A DNA stretch of 64,000 bases, taken from assembly GCA_964601205.1 (NCBI GenBank), contig CAZRML010000014.1, positions 8,504-72,503 on the forward strand, written 5' to 3'. The notes below the pieces were generated by a model. It was not told the DNA's origin. It ran no database searches and saw only the letters and a list, made by a program, of their open reading frames with translations. The number at the start of each line of letters is the position of its first letter. Position 1 is the stretch's first letter. Both the position numbers and the translations under genes were made by a program. Source of the DNA: an uncultured Actinomycetota bacterium (GTDB lineage Bacteria; Actinomycetota; Humimicrobiia; Humimicrobiales; Humimicrobiaceae). This document shows, in pieces, positions 59,875-64,000 of the stretch.

Positions 59875-60891
59875 ATGTTAAGAAGATATTTGAAGGTTAT
59901 AAAAAAATATCTAAGAAATAAGAAATTGAATTTAAGTCAGGAAAATGGCTTCAGCCTTGTAGAGGTAATAGTAGCTTTCTTTATAATGTCTATTATAACT
60001 GTCGTGCTGGTAAGGGGAACTATGATCGCTGTTGATACTATAAAAGTAAATAAAGCAAAAACTAAAGCTTTAGCGGTTGCCAGTGAAAAAATGGAGCTTA
60101 TAAGAGCAATGGATTACGAAGGCATTGAGCTTACATCTGTAAATCCTGACTGGGGTGTGGATAATCCTGCGCTTATTGAAGATGGTTATGATATTAGTTA
60201 TGAAGTAAGTGAAGTTTATGTAAGTGGAAGTAGTTACAAGCAGGTAAAGTTATCTATCTTAAAAGACCCTATGAATACGGGAATAAATGTAATTACACAG
60301 ATTTATCCCATGGCAGGAGGCGGGGAAGGGACAAACGACACTACACCGCCTGCGGCGCCGTCCATGCTGGAAGCAACAGCAACCGGTTCATCCAGTATAG
60401 ACCTTGACTGGGATGACAATGCAGAGGCGGACCTGGCAGGTTATAAAGTATACAGGGATACCGTAAGTGGGTTTATACCAGAGAGCAGTAATTTTATAGG
60501 AGATGCGACTTCAAGTTCGTATTCTGATACCGGATTAACTGCCACAACAACTTATTATTACAGAGTGACAGCAGTGGATATCAGCAGCAATGAATCAGAG
60601 CCGTCCATGCAGGCAGATGCCACGACATTATTAGAATATGCTTATATCAGTTTACCGTTTGCTTATACCGGGGCAGGAGAGTATTACTGGAAATCAGATG
60701 AGTTTTCAACTGACCCGGTGGATTGGGCAAGCTATGTGAACTCATGGAGCCTAGACATTCTTGAGATTAACGGGGTAAATTATACCAATAAGTGGAAGGC
60801 ACAGCATGATATACCGCCGGCGGGCGATGGTTACTGGTATATTTACTATAAAGCAACTTCATCAGGCGGTCATTTAGAAATAGGCCCATAG
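59875..60891 (+). CDS. PilV-like minor pilin fused to an Fn3 domain and a C-terminal CBM-like module
   Basis: The prepilin signal reads ENG|FSLVEVIVAFF with Glu at +5. An Fn3 block covers residues 157-246 (SIDLDWDD...GYKVYRD...TYYYRVTAVDISSNES). A Trp/Tyr-rich C-terminal module covers residues 252-338 (YYWKSDEF...NSWSLDILEINGVNYTNKW...GDGYWYIYYKA). Confidence 0.8.
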   Translation: MLRRYLKVIKKYLRNKKLNLSQENGFSLVEVIVAFFIMSIITVVLVRGTMIAVDTIKVNKAKTKALAVASEKMELIRAMDYEGIELTSVNPDWGVDNPALIEDGYDISYEVSEVYVSGSSYKQVKLSILKDPMNTGINVITQIYPMAGGGEGTNDTTPPAAPSMLEATATGSSSIDLDWDDNAEADLAGYKVYRDTVSGFIPESSNFIGDATSSSYSDTGLTATTTYYYRVTAVDISSNESEPSMQADATTLLEYAYISLPFAYTGAGEYYWKSDEFSTDPVDWASYVNSWSLDILEINGVNYTNKWKAQHDIPPAGDGYWYIYYKATSSGGHLEIGP

Positions 60892-60904
60892 CGTGTTATG
60901 TAAG

Positions 60905-60930
60905 CTGGTTTATATAAACCTGTTTTTTTT
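60905..60930 (+). terminator. Weak stem-loop followed by T8
   Basis: GGTTT-ATAT-AAACC (60907-60920) is followed by TGTTTTTTTT. Confidence 0.3.
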
Positions 60931-61029
60931 AAGTTTTGTTAAAGGATATAGATTATAGTTATTAAAATAGTTTAATAAGAATATAAAAAGAATATAAATA
61001 TAAAAAGAATATAAAAAATAAGTAAGGCG

Positions 61030-61608
61030 ATGAATTTAAAATTACAAGTTGGTAAAAAAATAAAAGATAATGAGGGCTTTACAATGATTGAAATGCTTCT
61101 TGTAGTTCTTCTTATTGTTGTTATTGTAAGCATGGTTTCGGCCACATATCTCTTATCGGGAAATACATCAAGAGATATTGTTGATATAACAACTTCAATG
61201 ATAGACTCAAGGGTTGTTATATACAGATTGACTAAAGACTTAAGGGAATCATCTGATATAACTCAGGCATATGCAGACAGTATAATATTTAAAAGCAACG
61301 TTGATGATGATGGAGATGACGAGGAAGTAAATTACTATTTAACAGCTGAGGGTAGTTATTATGAACTTTACAGGAAAATAGATACAGGGCCTGCTAAATT
61401 TGTAGCTACCAATATAATTGATAATAATCTGTTTACTTATTATACAGATGTAGGAATTCCGGAAGGAGGAGTGTCCACCCCTGTTAGTACAGAAGAGTTA
61501 GGAAATATAAAAATGATTGGAATTGAACTGAAAATTGACCAGAGCGGAGAAGATACCCAGAGAAAAATGGAACTTGAAACTGTTGTTTCTCTGAGAAATA
61601 GAATATAA
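61030..61608 (+). CDS. PilW/GspJ-like minor pilin
   Basis: The prepilin signal reads NEG|FTMIEMLLVVLL with Glu at +5. Confidence 0.75.
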   Translation: MNLKLQVGKKIKDNEGFTMIEMLLVVLLIVVIVSMVSATYLLSGNTSRDIVDITTSMIDSRVVIYRLTKDLRESSDITQAYADSIIFKSNVDDDGDDEEVNYYLTAEGSYYELYRKIDTGPAKFVATNIIDNNLFTYYTDVGIPEGGVSTPVSTEELGNIKMIGIELKIDQSGEDTQRKMELETVVSLRNRI

Positions 61609-61634
61609 ACTAATTTTATTAAGGTATTTATAAA

Positions 61635-63260
61635 GTGATTAAGATGATAAAAGTAATATTAAATTTAAAAAAAGAAAAAAGAGGTAATATAACCATACTT
61701 ATTTTAATAATGGGCTTTGCAGTAATACTGCTGACGACTGCTATGGTTGGATATATTTTTCGTGACATTGGTTATGTTGAACTTGACAGAAAAAAATTAA
61801 GGGCACTGAATATCGCAGAGGCAGGCATATCAAATATGTTTTTGAATGTTGAAAAACACTATAGTGAAGAAGATATACCTTTACCCTCAAGTCCCTATAC
61901 CGGAGAAATAATTGATAATGGTAATTCAGAGGGAAATTTTACTGTTGAATATGAATCACAATCTGATGGGGACTTGACTATATACAATGTTACTTCCACA
62001 GGTGTTGATAAAGATGGTATGGAAAGAACAGTAAGGGTAAAAATAAATGTTTTAAATCCCGGTCCCGCTCTTGACATTTATGACTACGTATATACAGCGG
62101 CATCAGCTGCTACCAGCGGAGATTTTAAAACTGTAGATGGCCCCTTTTATACTGATGGGGATCTCAATATAACCGCAGGTTCCGGTATATCCCAGGACCA
62201 GAGCGAAGGGCCAATAATTGTAAAAGGTGATTTATATTTAAGTGGAGATGCAGTTAGCGTAAAACAGGAATCCCTATCAGTGGGTGGAAATGTGGTAATG
62301 AAAGGCAGCGGGAAGATACTGGGTGGCCAGGTTAATATAGCAGGCAGCCTTACTATGTCCGGAGGGACTTATATAGACGAGGGACTGGTAAGTCCGATGA
62401 TTGTAATGGGTGATATTGATATGAGCAGCGGAAGTCCCCGTATAGGAGAATCGGGAGAAGACCTTACTCTTTCCTGTAACGGAACAATAAACCCCTGGCC
62501 TCCAAATTCATGGGCTCCGATATATGCCACCAGAGATGACAGTCTGACATATACTTTTGTTGATCCGGACTATGACGTGAGTGCTCTTGTGCATGAATAC
62601 TATACTGAGGTACAGGACTCCGCACTGGTAATTAGTGGTAGTCTAACTCTGAGCGATGAAAATATGCCCTACAATTACCAGGACTCAGAAGGAAACAGTC
62701 TCAGTTTTGAAAAAGAGGGAGATGACTACATACTGGAAGTTAATGGAAATATAATTGTAGATGGTAATTTACAGATTGGAATTGAAGACTGGTGGATTCC
62801 TGAATTAAGCGGTCCCAGTACCAATGAAATATATTACCGGGGGAAAGGAATTATATATACCACCGGGAGCATTAAGACAGTTACCACGCTCTGGCCCGAC
62901 CCCCTTGAAGATTTTCCTGAAGAAGCCCTACTGGTGCTGGTATCAAATGGAACTATTGAATCATATGTATGGAGAGAATATGATTATATTGTTGCAAGTA
63001 ATATTAATGACCAGCCCCCGCTCATGTATATGGTAGGGATTGCAAAAGGCAACATAAAAATAGCAGGAGGCGGAGGAAATGCAGCAATTGTAAAGGGTAC
63101 ATTGATTACCGGCGGCCTGCTTGATGCTGATTATTATAATGCCAAAATTTATTACCAGCAGGGAATTAAAGATAGTTTGCCTCCCGACCTTCCCAGCAGC
63201 AATCCTGATGGAGGGGAAGTAGTCATTACCAGAGCAGGATGGCAGGAAGCAATTAATTAA
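61635..63260 (+). CDS. PilX N-terminal-domain pilus protein with beta-helix-like repeat region
   Basis: An N-terminal uncleaved hydrophobic segment (RGNITILILIMGFAVILL) is followed by ALNIAEAGIS (PilX_N-like). Gly/Asp-rich repeats follow (GDLNITAGSG, GDLYLSGDAV, GGNVVMKGSG, IAGSLTMSGG). Confidence 0.7.
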   Translation: MIKMIKVILNLKKEKRGNITILILIMGFAVILLTTAMVGYIFRDIGYVELDRKKLRALNIAEAGISNMFLNVEKHYSEEDIPLPSSPYTGEIIDNGNSEGNFTVEYESQSDGDLTIYNVTSTGVDKDGMERTVRVKINVLNPGPALDIYDYVYTAASAATSGDFKTVDGPFYTDGDLNITAGSGISQDQSEGPIIVKGDLYLSGDAVSVKQESLSVGGNVVMKGSGKILGGQVNIAGSLTMSGGTYIDEGLVSPMIVMGDIDMSSGSPRIGESGEDLTLSCNGTINPWPPNSWAPIYATRDDSLTYTFVDPDYDVSALVHEYYTEVQDSALVISGSLTLSDENMPYNYQDSEGNSLSFEKEGDDYILEVNGNIIVDGNLQIGIEDWWIPELSGPSTNEIYYRGKGIIYTTGSIKTVTTLWPDPLEDFPEEALLVLVSNGTIESYVWREYDYIVASNINDQPPLMYMVGIAKGNIKIAGGGGNAAIVKGTLITGGLLDADYYNAKIYYQQGIKDSLPPDLPSSNPDGGEVVITRAGWQEAIN

Positions 63261-63302
63261 AATATTAAACAGGTAAAGTTTTACTGGAAATTTCGGGATA
63301 AA

Positions 63303-64000
63303 TTGGCTGATTTATTTAAATCAAGAATTGAAAATATAAAAAATATCTTAAGCAGTGAAAATCTTTCCAATCTTCTTATTTTAAGTGATGAAAACATTTA
63401 TTATTTAACCGGTTTTTATGGGAAGAACTCTGGTAGTTTATTATTTATAATCGATAATAAATTATACCTTATTACTAATTTCCTTTATCTTGAACAGGCA
63501 AAAAAATCTATTGACAATGATTCTATAAATATCGTATTTTACCGCAGGGATAGGTTTAAAAAGCTTTTAGAGATACTTGAAGGTTATAATTTTGAGTCCA
63601 TTAACCTGGAGGGCAAAAATATCAGTTTTAAAGAAGGATTAAATTTCGGAGAGATATTATCACGTCAGGATAAGGAATTTAAAATTAAAGACGGGCTGGT
63701 TGAGAAATTAAGAATTATTAAAGATGAAGTTGAGATTTCTAAAATAAAAAAAGCCTGCATGATTACTGATAATGCATTTAAGAAAATACTTGATTATGGC
63801 GCTAAAAAGGTTGAGAGCTTTTCAGAAGTTGAACTGTCCTTTAGTCTGGAAGAATTAATGGTAAAAAATAAATCATCCGGAAAATCATTTGATATAATTG
63901 TTGCCTATGATAAAAACTCTTCAATGCCCCATTATTCTCCACAACAAATAAAAGTAAAAGAAGGTATTGTGCTTATTGATTTTGGCTGCAGATATAAAAA
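63303..64000 (+). CDS. Xaa-Pro aminopeptidase (M24B family), 3' end outside window
   Basis: This ORF is not in the track because it is open to the window edge. My own translation from TTG 63303 gives a creatinase_N-like N-terminus (LLILSDENIYYLTGFYG) and then M24 blocks (LRIIKDEVEISKIKKACMITDNAF, FDIIVAYDKNSSMPHYSP, LIDFGCRYK). Confidence 0.8.
   Translation, partial: MADLFKSRIENIKNILSSENLSNLLILSDENIYYLTGFYGKNSGSLLFIIDNKLYLITNFLYLEQAKKSIDNDSINIVFYRRDRFKKLLEILEGYNFESINLEGKNISFKEGLNFGEILSRQDKEFKIKDGLVEKLRIIKDEVEISKIKKACMITDNAFKKILDYGAKKVESFSEVELSFSLEELMVKNKSSGKSFDIIVAYDKNSSMPHYSPQQIKVKEGIVLIDFGCRYK

Overview
The window is a chromosomal segment of an AT-rich bacterium (roughly one third G+C by eye), densely packed with housekeeping genes. 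I saw no rRNA, tRNA or CRISPR array.

Gene order from about 21 kb to 47 kb is: yebC-ruvCAB-queA ... tgt-yajC-secDF-recJ-relA-MBL-hisS-aspS-[RNA]-alaS-ruvX-mltG-yrrM-like-U32. From memory this is colinear with the ruvAB...alaS/yrrK-yrrO region of Bacillus subtilis. That suggests a Bacillota-like or related uncultured lineage. I cannot assign taxonomy from sequence alone.

The left end (1-8.5 kb) is a beta-glucoside or oligosaccharide uptake locus: ROK, lipoprotein binding protein, two permeases and a cytoplasmic GH3. The binding-protein gene is cleanly split by an intact 1.76-kb IS1182/IS5-type element.

The middle holds GTP-PEPCK, DUF1015 and a histidine-free Fur-family protein. It also holds an EF-G paralogue that lacks the catalytic histidine and overlaps a membrane Ig/CBM9-like gene. 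LemA-HtpX, PdxST and a PAS/HD-GYP protein are also there.

The right third (47.5-63.3 kb) is the most unusual part. A type IV pilus gene set is interleaved on one strand with shikimate-pathway genes (aroE, aroC, aroK, aroB, aroQ). The pilus set comprises pilT, pilC, an embedded group-3 sigma factor, major pilin, pilD, pilMNO, a PilP-like gene and three minor-pilin/PilX-type genes. One of those is fused to an Fn3 domain plus a CBM-like module.

The strongest non-coding call is a roughly 190-nt rod-shaped RNA with its own promoter directly downstream of aspS, which I interpret as 6S RNA.

I see no clear defence, toxin or other novel multi-gene system. The pilus/sigma/adhesin arrangement and the EF-G-like pair are the best candidates for undescribed biology. 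All family assignments rest on motifs read by eye; no database searches were run.
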